A stretch of 63,535 nucleotides of DNA, counting the filler, from Chiloscyllium plagiosum (lineage: Eukaryota), in NCBI RefSeq assembly GCF_004010195.1. It is 6 parts of one record of this genome, joined end to end, with 100 filler letters (N's around TTAATTAATTAA, not from the genome) between each part and the next. Parts side by side here need not be neighbours in the genome. Positions count along the whole stretch, not along the records: positions 1 to 17,422 come from NC_057717.1; 5 more parts are not named here. One strand, 5' to 3'. Every line of letters begins with the position of its first letter. The stretch's first letter is position 1. Shown here one piece after another: positions 1 through 10,560 of this stretch. Below the pieces are notes generated by a model. That model did no database searches. It had not been told where the DNA came from and saw nothing but the letters and a program-made list of their open reading frames with translations. Position numbers and translations under genes: made by a program.

Positions 1-230
1 AAACCTCCCCCCAAGGATACTGGTGCCCCTCAGGTTCAGGTGTAGACCATCCTGTTTATATAGGTCCCACCGTCCCCAGAAAGAACCTCAGTTATCCAAA
101 AACCGGAATCCCTCCCTCCTGCACCATCCCTGTAGCCACGCATTTAAGTGTTCTCTTTCCCTATTCCTCGAATCTCTATCACGTGGCACGGGTAACAAAC
201 CAGAGACAACAACTCTGTTCGTTCTAAGTA
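1..230 (-). mobile_element. CR1 LINE ORF1 (SGNH esterase) fragment
   Basis: Minus strand reads WCRREGFRFLDN*GSFWGRWDLYKQDGLHLNLRGTSILGG, matching the C-terminus of the CR1 ORF1 at 15678-16340. Confidence 0.8.
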
Positions 231-559
231 TTCAGCCCTTTGAGCATTTTGAAGACCAGACGACGAGGCCATGCAAACGCCCTAGTCCTCTGCATAGGAA
301 CGGGGGCCGGTCGGTGGGGGAGGCTGGCTGGGGGCTGCTTGGCTGACAGGAAATACAGAATACACATAATTAATCATTTCCAGTTTGGAAAGCTGTAATT
401 AAGGAGATTCCTGAGGGATCACTATGAGGTTATCAACAACTCACAATCCAGATTAGTGATTTGGAGGAAGTGCCAGAATGGATTGGAACTTAAATTTCTG
501 TTCCACCAGGATAGTCATTCAATGTGATGTCAAGTGGAGGCAGACCCTTTGCAATAGGA

Positions 560-880
560 TACAGACAGAGGACATTGCTGCACAGTTCAGTAACAAAGGA
601 AGTTGATTGTAGTTGGTGACATCTATTCCCTCATTTCCAGTATCTGTCTGCAGGAGTTCCACCGGGGAAATACCTCAGGAGAAGCATCTTCAGTTGCTTC
701 ATTAACGTTTTGTAACCACCATAATATCATACATGGGAATGTTCACTGAAGATCACACAATATTCAAAAGAACCTGTCATAACTCAGCTCGTAAAGCTGT
801 CTGTGACCATGTGCAGCAAGACGTGGACAATATTCAAGTTCGTGATTTTAACCTGTATATAGCATTCATGGAACTTTTGC
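560..880 (+). mobile_element. Decayed CR1/L2-clade LINE RT fragment
   Basis: GVPxG...IFSCFIN...MGMFTEDHTIF resembles the GVPQGS / FADD RT motifs. Confidence 0.6.
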
Positions 881-1050
881 TGGACACTATATATATGCAC
901 GTTAAAAAAAGGAAGAGCTCATTCAGCAAGTCAAGCTAACGTCATCAGCGTATGAGGAAGACATTCAGCCCATCGAATTAAGTGGCAAAAAAAGCAGGAT
1001 AGTCCATTTAGTCTGTCCAGCTTAATTCACATGAAGAGAAAGCACCCCAA

Positions 1051-1668
1051 TGTTATGGACCAGACAGACCTCCTCAAGAGTATTTTAACGTGGTAGCCTA
1101 AACTCTAACTCCGTCTTTTTTTAAGGCTAATGTGAAGTGTCTGTTCCATATGCAATGCGGCTGGTCAACGACTCAACATTAAGCAAAACAGCATTATTTT
1201 AAACACCAGTTAAAATGCAACCAAACGAATAATAATTTAAATAACTTAACTCTATTGGAAAACTTAACGGAAGAATAAATAAGGAATCTATTACTAATTA
1301 ACAGTGTCAATGTAGTAACATCCCGCAAAATAAACATTTTGTAAGAAGATACATTCAGTTACAGTTTCTGACATGCCATTTTCCAATCCAGGAGAAATGA
1401 TCAATAGAAAATTCAGAGAGAATAGCAGCCGGGGACATTCACTGAAACTTTTCCAATTAAGTTGAGACTTCATTCTTTATAATGTTACTGAAAAACCAAA
1501 ATCCAGAAATACACATCTGTGACAGCTGGCCACACCCATTCAGATGGGTTTTTAAAAAAAGACTGTTTACATCTTGGTTTTCTCCAGACGGCTTGGTACC
1601 TCTCTTTCAATCTCTGTCTTAAAACAATCCAACACAAAACAATTTCTTAACGCTACAGTATTTTCACA
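1051..1668 (-). mobile_element. LTR (Gypsy family A), solo or truncated
   Basis: Starts TGTTATGGACC, the reverse complement of the GGTCCATAACA end of the LTR at 61114-61741; the terminal ~50 bp align; TG...CA ends. Confidence 0.7.
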
Positions 1669-2374
1669 CTCGTCAACATATCGAGCTTTAAAGAAAAAAA
1701 AAACAAGTGTTGCCCAAAAAAGACCATTAACCTTGTCCAAACGGTCAAGGAAGAAGCCATTTAGTTCCTCGACTCACTTGTACAAGGAGAAAATGAGGCA
1801 CTTTCTGCTCCAACATGTTAAAAACTGCAGCCGAAGATGCACAGATCGACGGCTCCCCCTTGTTCCTCATGCCTTCAAAGTTCGTGGGACACACGTGGTA
1901 TTTTGACGTGGTTTTCTGTGTGGAGCAAAACTATGTGTTTTGTGTGAAGTCATAAGCAGCTATCGTCCATCTTCATGAAGACAGACTGATATTCTCAATG
2001 GAGGTCAGAAGCTTGTGCGAATGACTAACTGCTTCAGAAGGCATGTGTTAGGGCTGCTGTGTGCATTGTGAACAAGATGCTGTCAGTGCAGGGTTGTGCA
2101 GTAATTGGAGGAGTATTCATTTCGAGCTTGTATGTCTCTCTCAATCAGAGTGAGGCTCCGCAGAGGCACATAAACTGTTAGGAATGCCCGATTAGAGTGA
2201 TGAAAGAGTTCTCTAAGTTCAAATTCATATTCATGTTCATATGCATGCAACCTGTATGCTTGATTGTGTCTAAGTTTTTTAATACTATGTACTTTATGTC
2301 CTTGCACACTCTGATTTGCCTGTATTACTCACAAACAGAACAATTCCTTGTCCTTCGGTAAAAGTAACAAGGTA

Positions 2375-2725
2375 GGGTGGCACAGTGGCTTTACGGCAGC
2401 ACGGTGACTCAGTGGTTAGTGATGCTGCCACACAGCGCTAGGGACCCTGGTTTAATTCCCGCCTCGGGCAACTGTCTGAGTGGAGTTTTCACATTCTCCC
2501 CATGTCTGCGTGGGTTTCCCCTGGGTGATCTGGCTTCCTCCCACAGTCCAAAGATGTACAGATTAGATGTGCAGATTGGCCATGCTAAATTGCCATTAGT
2601 GTTAGGTGCATTAGTCAGAGGGAAATGACGGGGAATGGGTCTGGGTGGGTAGCTCTTCGCAGGGCCGGTGTGGACTTGCTGGGCTGAAAGGTCTGTTTCC
2701 AATCTGTAGGGAATCTAATCTAACA
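2375..2725 (+). mobile_element. HE1-type V-SINE (tRNA-derived)
   Basis: tRNA-like head (tggttagtgatgctgccacacagcgctagggaccctggtttaattccc), V-domain gagttttcacattctccccatgtctgcgtgggtttcc, CR1-like tail ending aatctaatct. Confidence 0.85.
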
Positions 2726-3829
2726 ATAATTTAAATCAATTGATAGAATTTCTCAACCAGCCAATGTCTATTTGACCTTGATACCAAAGGCACCACCTCT
2801 TCTCCTCCCAGATTAATAAATCAGTTCCTTCACTCTCTCGTAATGATCCCATCATGTCAGGGATGAGACTGGTGTTAGTCGTTTGCACTGTGTCTGTGGA
2901 AAGCAGGTCGTCCATTACAAAGGAGATAAATGAGTACATAGTGCCACAAATACTCTTTCATAAAGGCGATGTAGTTGCAAGAAGTTAGCTTTATTTATGT
3001 ATTTGAATCTTCTTACAATGAATGACGGTACATAATATGCTGCCCTAATTACTTAATCTCATTGATGCATTATTTTTGTTGACTCACGTTAAAGCACATG
3101 CAGGTCCATTTGGAGACATCAACATTTCCATATCTCGCACAAATTAATCAGTACAGAGTGAGATCATGGTATTTGTTTCCCACATCAAAACTGTTCCTCT
3201 GCCTTCTAATTTGCTGGATTCAAAAACTGATGCATGTCATACCCTCTGAGTAATAGCTTTCAGTGCAGAAAAAAGGCGCTTCTCTCTGTATTCTCATCAC
3301 TAACTAATTCATAACTAATGCAGTATATTGCCTCGTTTCCATTTGGCATTCGTGCGCCTGTCAACAATAATTTCAAGCAAAAGATATATCAAATAAGCAA
3401 CTCTCACCGGTTATCATTTGTGAATGCCATAGCTGCTACAAACTCCAAAGTTTATTTCCGCTCTCTAAAAAGAAGTTGATTCTGCCAAGTCAAATCATGA
3501 TTCCCCAAGTATTAAGTTATCACATTCCTTCGAAAATATGAGAACATATTCATCACACCCGGCATCAACTCGTCCAATACTGAGTTTCTTTTTTTTTCTG
3601 TTTCCCTCCCACATCCATTTCATCTATTAAGGTTCCAATAACTACTTCTATAAGTACGGTCCTCTCCATAATGTAAGATTTCAGCTTATGCTGGAAGGGG
3701 TAAAAGAGGGCTGTGAACGCCTAATTTTAGAATCAAACTGGCTCCACACTTTCCACCTGGCATTGGTCCAGGTTGAGACAAGAACAAGTTTGTGATCAGT
3801 TTTGTTTTAAAACTTGAAGAGTGGCTAAC

Positions 3830-4591
3830 AGAGAACTGCAACTGGTAAAGTTTAGATGATATTTAGACGATACTGAGGCAATGGAAAAATTATTGGGAGT
3901 GTGGATGTGCAGACGGATCTTGGAATCGACGTACATAGATCCCTGAACCCAGGTGGACAGTGCTGTTAAGCAGGCATACGGTGTGTTCGGTTTCATTGGC
4001 AGAGGGATTGAGTTCTGGAGTCGAAATATCATGCTGCAACTATACAAAACGCTGGTGCGGCCACACTTAGAATATTGTGTACAATTCTGGTCCCCATATT
4101 TCGGGAAGAATGTGGAAGCTTTGGAAAAGCAGCAGAGGAGATTTACCAGTGTGTTGCCTGGTCTGGAGGGAAGGTCTTATAAGAAAAGGTTGAGAGACTT
4201 TCTCATTGAAAAGAAGAAGGCTAAGAGGGGATTTGATAGAGACATACGCGATGATCAGAGGATTAGATGGGGTGGACAGTGAAAGTCTTTTTCATAGGAT
4301 GATGATGTCAGCTTGTATGAGAGGACATAACTACAAATTGAGGGGTGATGGATTTAAGACAGATGTCAGAGGCAGGTTCTTTACACTGAGTGGTAAGGCA
4401 GTGGAATGCCCTATCTGCCAATGTAGTCAACTCAGCCACATTTAACTCAGGCAGATTTAAACAATCCTTAGGTAAGCACATGGATGGATTTTGGATAGTG
4501 TAGGAGGTCGGGCTGAGAATAGTTCACAGGTTGGCGCAATATTGTAGGCCAAAGTGCCTGTTCTACGCTGTATTGTTCTATGCTCTATGTT
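3830..4591 (+). mobile_element. CR1 LINE 3' end (ORF2 C-terminus and 3' UTR)
   Basis: ORFs contain MLQLYKTLVRPHLEYCVQFWSPY, RRRLRGDLIETY and RGHNYKL; tail (ttctatg)n. Confidence 0.9.
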
Positions 4592-4905
4592 TATTCAGTA
4601 AGGACACTCAGACAGAAGTGAAGACTGGCGATCTTACGGAGCTGGTAATGGACAGGCTTCGTGATAGAGAGAGCATCGAGATGTACATTAACTCAGCACT
4701 AAAATGAGGCAATCCTGGTTCTGAACACTTATTTTTCTCCTTGGATATTTGGATGTGAGAAACATGGAATCCATAGAATAGAATGGAGTATCTGACTGAA
4801 AGTAAATACATTCGTTCACATCTTTGCCAAATATAGATAACTGAAATCACAATGGTTTCAAGGAAACGGTTAACAGAATTAATAAATGGACAGAGATAGA
4901 CTTAC

Positions 4906-5188
4906 CAGTAACAACAGAGAGGATGGGATATGAACCCGCCTGGATAATCATCAGTACACATTGTATCCGCAGTTCAAACATGGCTAATGCTGAGACAATC
5001 AGTAAGACCATTGGAATAACCCCTGCCAATATTGTAACATTCCAATCAGCTTTTGTCAGATTGTGATTCATTATCCTAATATCCCAGGCAATTGTTCTCA
5101 GATTCTGATCCATTGTTGAAATATTCCGGTCTAATATGCTCAGATTCGGATCTCGCCTGTCCCACTCCTTGGAACTGTCGATCCCCAT
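4906..5188 (-). CDS. First coding exon of a GPR139/GPR142-like class A GPCR (N-terminus to start of TM1); possibly an orphan or pseudo-exon
   Basis: Open frame MGIDSSKEW...RDPNLSILDRNISTMDQNLRT...ADWNVTI...LRIQCVLMIIQAGSYPILSVVT-G ends at a canonical phase-1 donor G|GTAAGT (exon ends 4906). It resembles, from recall, elasmobranch GPR139-like exon 1 (N-glycosylated repeats, ...IQxxYYPILAxVGVP|V). Alternative ATG at 5113. Exon 2 not found in 1-4900. Confidence 0.65.
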
Positions 5189-5339
5189 TGTGTTCGGGAT
5201 AATGCTGCCACTATGGTATTTCACATTGAAAGAAACTCCTTACGAATATCAGTGGCAAAATTGCCAGAGACACAGTTAGGATCCATTTCGACGTCAAAAT
5301 TCACAGTCAAAGAACGAACAGTTCCAGTTAACCGCTTCT

Positions 5340-6620
5340 AAATGGACAGTCCATTCAAACGTCTGATAATCACCAGGAAGAAGCTGATCCAGAACCTACT
5401 GCTGCATATTCTCTATCTTCTGTCTGTTGGGTGAGGTTGTAGGCGATCATTGGCGGAGTGCGATGGTTCTTTGATGATGCTGGCTGCGTTTCCACTGCAG
5501 CGAGCTGTGTAGGTGGAGTCCATGGATGGAAGTTTCGTTGCCATGTTTGCCTGTATTGTGTACACGAAATTCTGCAATTACTTACGGTCATGGGCAGAGC
5601 AGTTGGCATACAAGGCCATTAAGCACCTGGACAATATGCATTCATTGGCGGATTGCTGAACGTTGCTGAGTGTCATTATGGACATGCCACATTTTCTGAG
5701 CTGTGTGAGAAAGAGGAGCCGTTGTTTTGCCTTCTTGAACATCGCATCTCCATGGGAATGGCAGAATAGTTTGTTGTTCCATAACTTTGAGGCATCTGAC
5801 ACTCTCGACCTTTGCAACAACAGCTCCGTTGATGCAGATGGTGTGTTAAGTCAATGATCAGTTATTTAGTTTTGCCGACACTGAAAGATAGGTTGCTGTC
5901 ATTGCATACGTCAGCAAGTCCTTCCCCTCCCTTCTGTAGTTTGACTTATCATTGTCAGATATCTACCTTACTACAGTGGTGTCATCAGCGAACTTGAGGA
6001 TACGTTCACTTGGAATCTCGCAACATAGTCAGGGTTGTACCTTACTACATGGTGTCTTCAGCGAACTTGAGGCTCGGTTCATATGGAATTTTGCAAATTG
6101 TCAGGGGTGTAACAGGGAGCACAGTTTGAGCTGAGGACGTATCCGTGGCGGGAGTGGGGCACTCGAGTGTTCCGTGTTATCGTGGAGGAGGTGCAGTTGT
6201 CTATATTCACTGATTGTGGGTGAGAAGGCTGAGGAACCAGCTGCACAGGGCAGAATCAAGACCAAGGTCAAGGAGTTTTAAGATCAGCCTGGAGAGGATC
6301 ATGTGTTGAAATTGGAGCTGTACCCCATTGCGCAGGGGTCTGACTAAGGTGTCCTTGTTGTTTAGTAGTTCCCGGGATGAGTGGAGGTTTGGGGATATGG
6401 CATCCACTGTGGAACTGTTCCGTTGGTCGGCAAGTTGTAGTCGACCAAGACAGGCTGGCTGACTGGAGTTGCTGTGGGCCTTGACCAGCCTCTTGAAGCA
6501 GTTCATGATTATTGAGGTCAGAGCCCCTGGACGGCATTCATTAAGGCACAGTCTCTTTGCTTTGTTTTATGCAGTGATGCTTGTGTTCTTCTTGAAGCAG
6601 TTTGGGCCCAGTGTCCACTG
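5340..6620 (-). mobile_element. Rex1/Babar LINE RT fragment
   Basis: MNCFKRLVKAH...RNSSTVDAIS...ILSRLILKLLDLGLDSALCSW and KKAKQRLLFLTQLRKCGMS...ANCSAHDRK are Rex1-type RT and C-terminal motifs. Confidence 0.85.
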
Positions 6621-6779
6621 CAAAGCACCCCATGTTGGGCAGATATTTCACCTAGTTTATGGATTAATGCATCATTAGGCTTCGCATAGCGGGGAGTTTG
6701 TCCGCATGTATTGAGCAGTCCACTTACCGAGTCTGCAAAGTGTTCCATTCTGAACAGCTATCGCATCTGGGTTTGTGTG

Positions 6780-7122
6780 GATGGCCTTGTGGTATTATAG
6801 TTAGGCTATTCAGCCAACGATATCGGTAATGCTCCCGGGACATGAGAACGAATCCTGCCATGCCAGTGAAACGAATTGAAATTCAACGAAATGCTGTAGT
6901 CATTAGTCTGCTGATGTTTGAGAATCCATTGTTGATTGTAAAGCGAAAAGTATCTGGCTCACTAAAGTCGTTTAGGGAATGAAATTGCTATCCTTACCTG
7001 GTCTCGCTGACATGCAGACCTCGGCAATGTGGCTGGCTCTTAACTATCCTCAGGCCAATAGTGATGGACAATAAATCCTCGCTCAGCCAGTGATGCCTAA
7101 TCATGTAAGTAAATAAAGAAAT
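6780..7122 (+). mobile_element. tRNA-derived shark SINE, second family (name not assigned)
   Basis: tRNA-like head, body ctggctcactaa..tttagggaa..gaaattgc..tccttacctggtct, tail gcaataaat...gccagtgatgcc and an A-rich end; homologue at 27145-27485. Confidence 0.65.
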
Positions 7123-7229
7123 AGACGTCTGGGATGGTTCTGTGAGGAGAGTTGAGAATGTGATTGAACTAACCATTTCAGATGATCTGGTAATGCCTTT
7201 ATTTTATGTTCTCATTCGTGTAACTGGAC

Positions 7230-7530
7230 CATCAAAATTCGCACTCCATTACTGTTGCAGAGTGTAAATGTACAGAGTTCATGTGGGTGAATACTCAGCT
7301 ATTTCCATCATCTTCAGGTCTGCACTTAGAAAGAAAGAACGGCCTTTCGGATAAAGGCCACCCGTTTGATACACATCTCAAGACTTCCCCAACCACCACT
7401 ACTCTCCACCGACAAGCATGCATATCAAGATATTCCATGTGCGCTGAGGGTAATAAGTCCACAGGGATCATCATTGAGCAGACCATCATGGAGATAGAGC
7501 AACACCTCTCTTGTCCACCTGTATAAAAAT
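7230..7530 (+). pseudogene. Decayed PIF/Harbinger (HARBI1-like) transposase fragment
   Basis: HSITVAE..FMWVNTQ ~ HSINVQ..IMxVNAR; LSDKGHPFDTHLKTSP ~ LGDKGYPLxxWLMTP; STGIIIEQTIMEIEQHLSC ~ TRxxIEQTIGxLKxRFRC. The three motifs are collinear. Confidence 0.6.
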
Positions 7531-7719
7531 GAACCATCCGGTGCAATCTGTATCAATCATGTAATGTCTTTCCATTAACGTAATATACAGTGATTTATTC
7601 TTCCTGAATAATTCACAGGTTGACAGCTACCTACGCTATGTTCCATCTGCCAAATTGTCCATTGCCTATCCATTTACAGATTCTCCACCGCCTCATTATA
7701 ACTTCATTTCCAGCCTATA

Positions 7720-9205
7720 AAATCATAGAGTCATAGGGACGTACAGCACAGGAACAGACCTTTCTGTCCAACTAATCCATGCCGACCAGATTACCTAACC
7801 TGATCTAGTTTCATTTTCCAGCACTTGCCCCATATCCCTCTAAACACATCCTATTCTTGTCACAATCCAGGTTTTTGTCTAAACACTGCAATTGTAACAG
7901 CTACCACCACTTTCTTGGCAGCTCATTCCCTACATGGACTACCTTCTGTGTGAAAATGTTCCCCATTTTATGAAAAGACTCTTGTATATATTTCTCCTCT
8001 CATCCGAAACCTTTGGCGTCCTCTTCTGGATTATCCCAGCCCAGGAAAAATACCTTGTCTATTTATCCCATCCGTGCATCTCATGATTTTATAAACCCTG
8101 TCAGATCATTCCCCAGCCTTCAAAGACTCCAATTAATACAATCCCTGCCTATTCAGACTCTCCCAACAGCTCAAATTCTCCAACCCTGGCAACACCTTTG
8201 TAAATCTTTTCTGAACACTTTCAAGTTTCACAACATGTTTCGTTTTGGAAGGAGAGCAGAATTGCACGTAATATTGCAAAAGCGGCCTAACTAGTGCCCT
8301 GTATAACCAAAACATAACCTCCCAATTCCTACACTCAATACTCTGACCAGTAAAGGAAACGATACCAAACTGTTTCATCACTATATTGTCTACTTGTGAC
8401 TCTACTTTCAAGGAACTATGAATCTGCGCTCCAATGTCTCTTTGTTCTGCAAAACTCCACAGCAACTTATCATCAATGTAAAAGTCCTGCTCTTATTTGC
8501 TTTTCCAAAATGTCGCATCTTGTATTGACCTAAACTAAACTCCATCTGCTATTCCTCAACCCGTTGGCCCATTTTTTAAATACCCCATTGTTCTCTGAGC
8601 TATCCTTCTTCGGTGTCCACGACACGAACAATTTTGTTAACATCTGCAAACGTACTAGCCTATACCTCCTATTTGCAGAAAGTGAGGACTGCAGATGCTG
8701 GAGATTAGAGCTGGAAAATGTTTTGCTGGAAAAGTGCAGCATGTCAGGCAGCGTCAAAGGAGGAGGAGAATCGACGTTTCAGGCATAAGCCCTTTGATGC
8801 TGCCTGACCTGCTGCGCTTTTCCAGCAACACATTTTTCAGCTTATACCTCCTATTTACAAATCCAATTCATTTACACAAAAGAAAAACAGTGGATCCAGC
8901 GCCGATCCTTGTGGTTCATCATTGGTTACAGGCCTCCTATCTAAAAAGCAACCCTCCACCACAACTCTCTGTCTTCTTCATGCGTGCCAGTTCTACATCC
9001 AAATTACTATTTCTCCATGTGTTCCATGAGTTCTAATCTCGCTAACCAGTCTATCATGAGGAACATTGTCAAATGCCTTGCAAACGTCCATATAGGTCAC
9101 GTCCACCGCTCTGTCCACTTTGTTAATCTTCAGAAAATAACTTCAATCAAGTTCTTGAGACATGATTTCCCACGCATAAAGCATTGTTGACTCTCTCTAA
9201 TCAAT
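7720..9205 (-). mobile_element. CR1 LINE 3' half, interrupted by a Penelope-repeat insertion
   Basis: LYRALVRPLLQYYVQFCSP..LESVQKRFTKVLPGL; RT motifs nearer 9 kb; tail near 7720. Confidence 0.85.
8675..8842. mobile_element. Non-autonomous inverted-repeat Penelope pseudo-LTR element with target-site duplication
   Basis: Arms gctggaaaagtgcagcatgtcaggcagc / gctgcctgacctgctgcgcttttccagc; flanked by TATACCTCCTATTT at 8661-8674 and 8843-8856. Confidence 0.8.
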
Positions 9206-9849
9206 CCTCTTCTTTATACCTGGAGCACTTTAGTTTGAAGAAAAATTAATTCTGAACAGTGGAGATACTTTCTTTTAAAACAAAGTTTCTTTGAACTTAC
9301 ACAGTAAGTGTTGCTGCGGTGCTGCACATTTTACTGGGTTTGTTTTGAACTGCAGCATGATTGGAGAAGTTTTTGTTTCATCTGGTTCAGCTGGAGGGTG
9401 GCCAGCTAAGAACAAGCTGCCTTGCAGCAGAGCTTGCTATGTCTGGCTGATTGCTTCCATTGCCAAAAATAACTTTCTTCACACGATTTCAGGTTAAAAC
9501 CTGTTTTTTCGTTTGAAACATGTGATTGTAAGAGCATTAAAAGACTATATTTCTTGAGTAAGCTATGTCTGCTAACTGTGTCAGTGACAACTGTACATGA
9601 TCAGTAACAAATAAGTTTGCTCGAACATCACAGCAACACGCTCAGAAAAAAAATTACGCCGCATCCTTTTGCTTTCATGGAAAACCCATTGGCTAAAATA
9701 TATTGCCTCTGAAAGCCCATCTTTGCAGTGTAATCAGTTTCTTGTTGCCTTATCCTGAGGAGAGTACATATTTATGCCTTAAATTAGGTTCGAATGCATT
9801 TGTTCCATCTATCTAATCCGTTTATAGAGTTTGCAATAGTTGAGGACAC

Positions 9850-10560
9850 AGCACTGGACACGGTATTGCTGCAGTTGTTAATTCAGTTCAACTGACAGTG
9901 AACTTTTTCTACCACATCAGGCTGAGTGTTTCCCTTCACCAGAATTGTGTGCTCGGTGCGCCCAGAGATGCTATTAGGGACAGATACATCTGTGACAAGC
10001 AATTTGGTGAGAAGCTTTCCCTCTTATTGTTTCAGGCATCACTTCTCACAGTCTGTGTCCTGTGTACTTGAGGCCTCACCATGCTCAGTCAGTGGTGAGC
10101 CTGTCGAATCATTCGATGATGGACATTGAAGCACCACACCCAGAGTTCGTTCAGTGCCCTTGTCAGACTCAGTGCTTCCTCCGATTTTTTTTTAAACATC
10201 AAGGGAAACTGAGTTATCTTTGCGAGGTGTTTTGGAGGGCAGTCAAAGTCCATCATCAGGTGATTTCCTTGACTATCTTCGATCTGTTACCATGAGATTT
10301 CTCTGCTTCAGGAATCATTGTTCGGGGATTTCAGAGTAACTCCTTTTTTGCCTGTATACCACAGAGCCACCGTCACTGACAGTTCTGTCCAGGCAGTGTG
10401 GCAGGAAATGCCCAGATTTCTCTGCTTCAGGAATCATTGTTCGGGGATTTCAGGGTAACTCCTTTCTTGCCTGTATACCACAGAGCCACCGTCACTGACA
10501 GTTCTGTCCAGGCAGTGTGGCAGGAAATGCCCAGGGATGTTGATAGTGCTTAATGGAATA
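9850..10560 (-). mobile_element. Decayed CR1/L2-clade LINE (endonuclease/RT), same family as 37130-37900
   Basis: Reverse-complement similarity to the endonuclease region at 37130-37600 (RQDR..GG.VVY..GV.L). Confidence 0.55.
10295..10534 (+). repeat. Tandem duplication, 119 bp x2
   Basis: agatttctctgcttcaggaatc...ggaaatgccc occurs at 10295 and 10414 with about 2 mismatches. Confidence 0.95.

Noticed and set aside
302..343. G-rich stretch as a G-quadruplex
   Set aside because: Only three long G runs and no functional context.
2395..2470. tRNA-like sequences (also ~41325, 44038, 49860)
   Set aside because: They are SINE heads and are not followed by tRNA 3' structure.
3725..3790. GKCG on the minus strand as a candidate GPCR exon 2
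   Set aside because: The flanks (PMPGGKCGASL) do not fit IVILSRGKCGLS and no transmembrane ORF follows.
7870..7900. GGTTTTTGT nonamer suggesting a V(D)J recombination signal
   Set aside because: It lies within a CR1, has no heptamer at 12/23 spacing, and I see no Ig or TCR segment.
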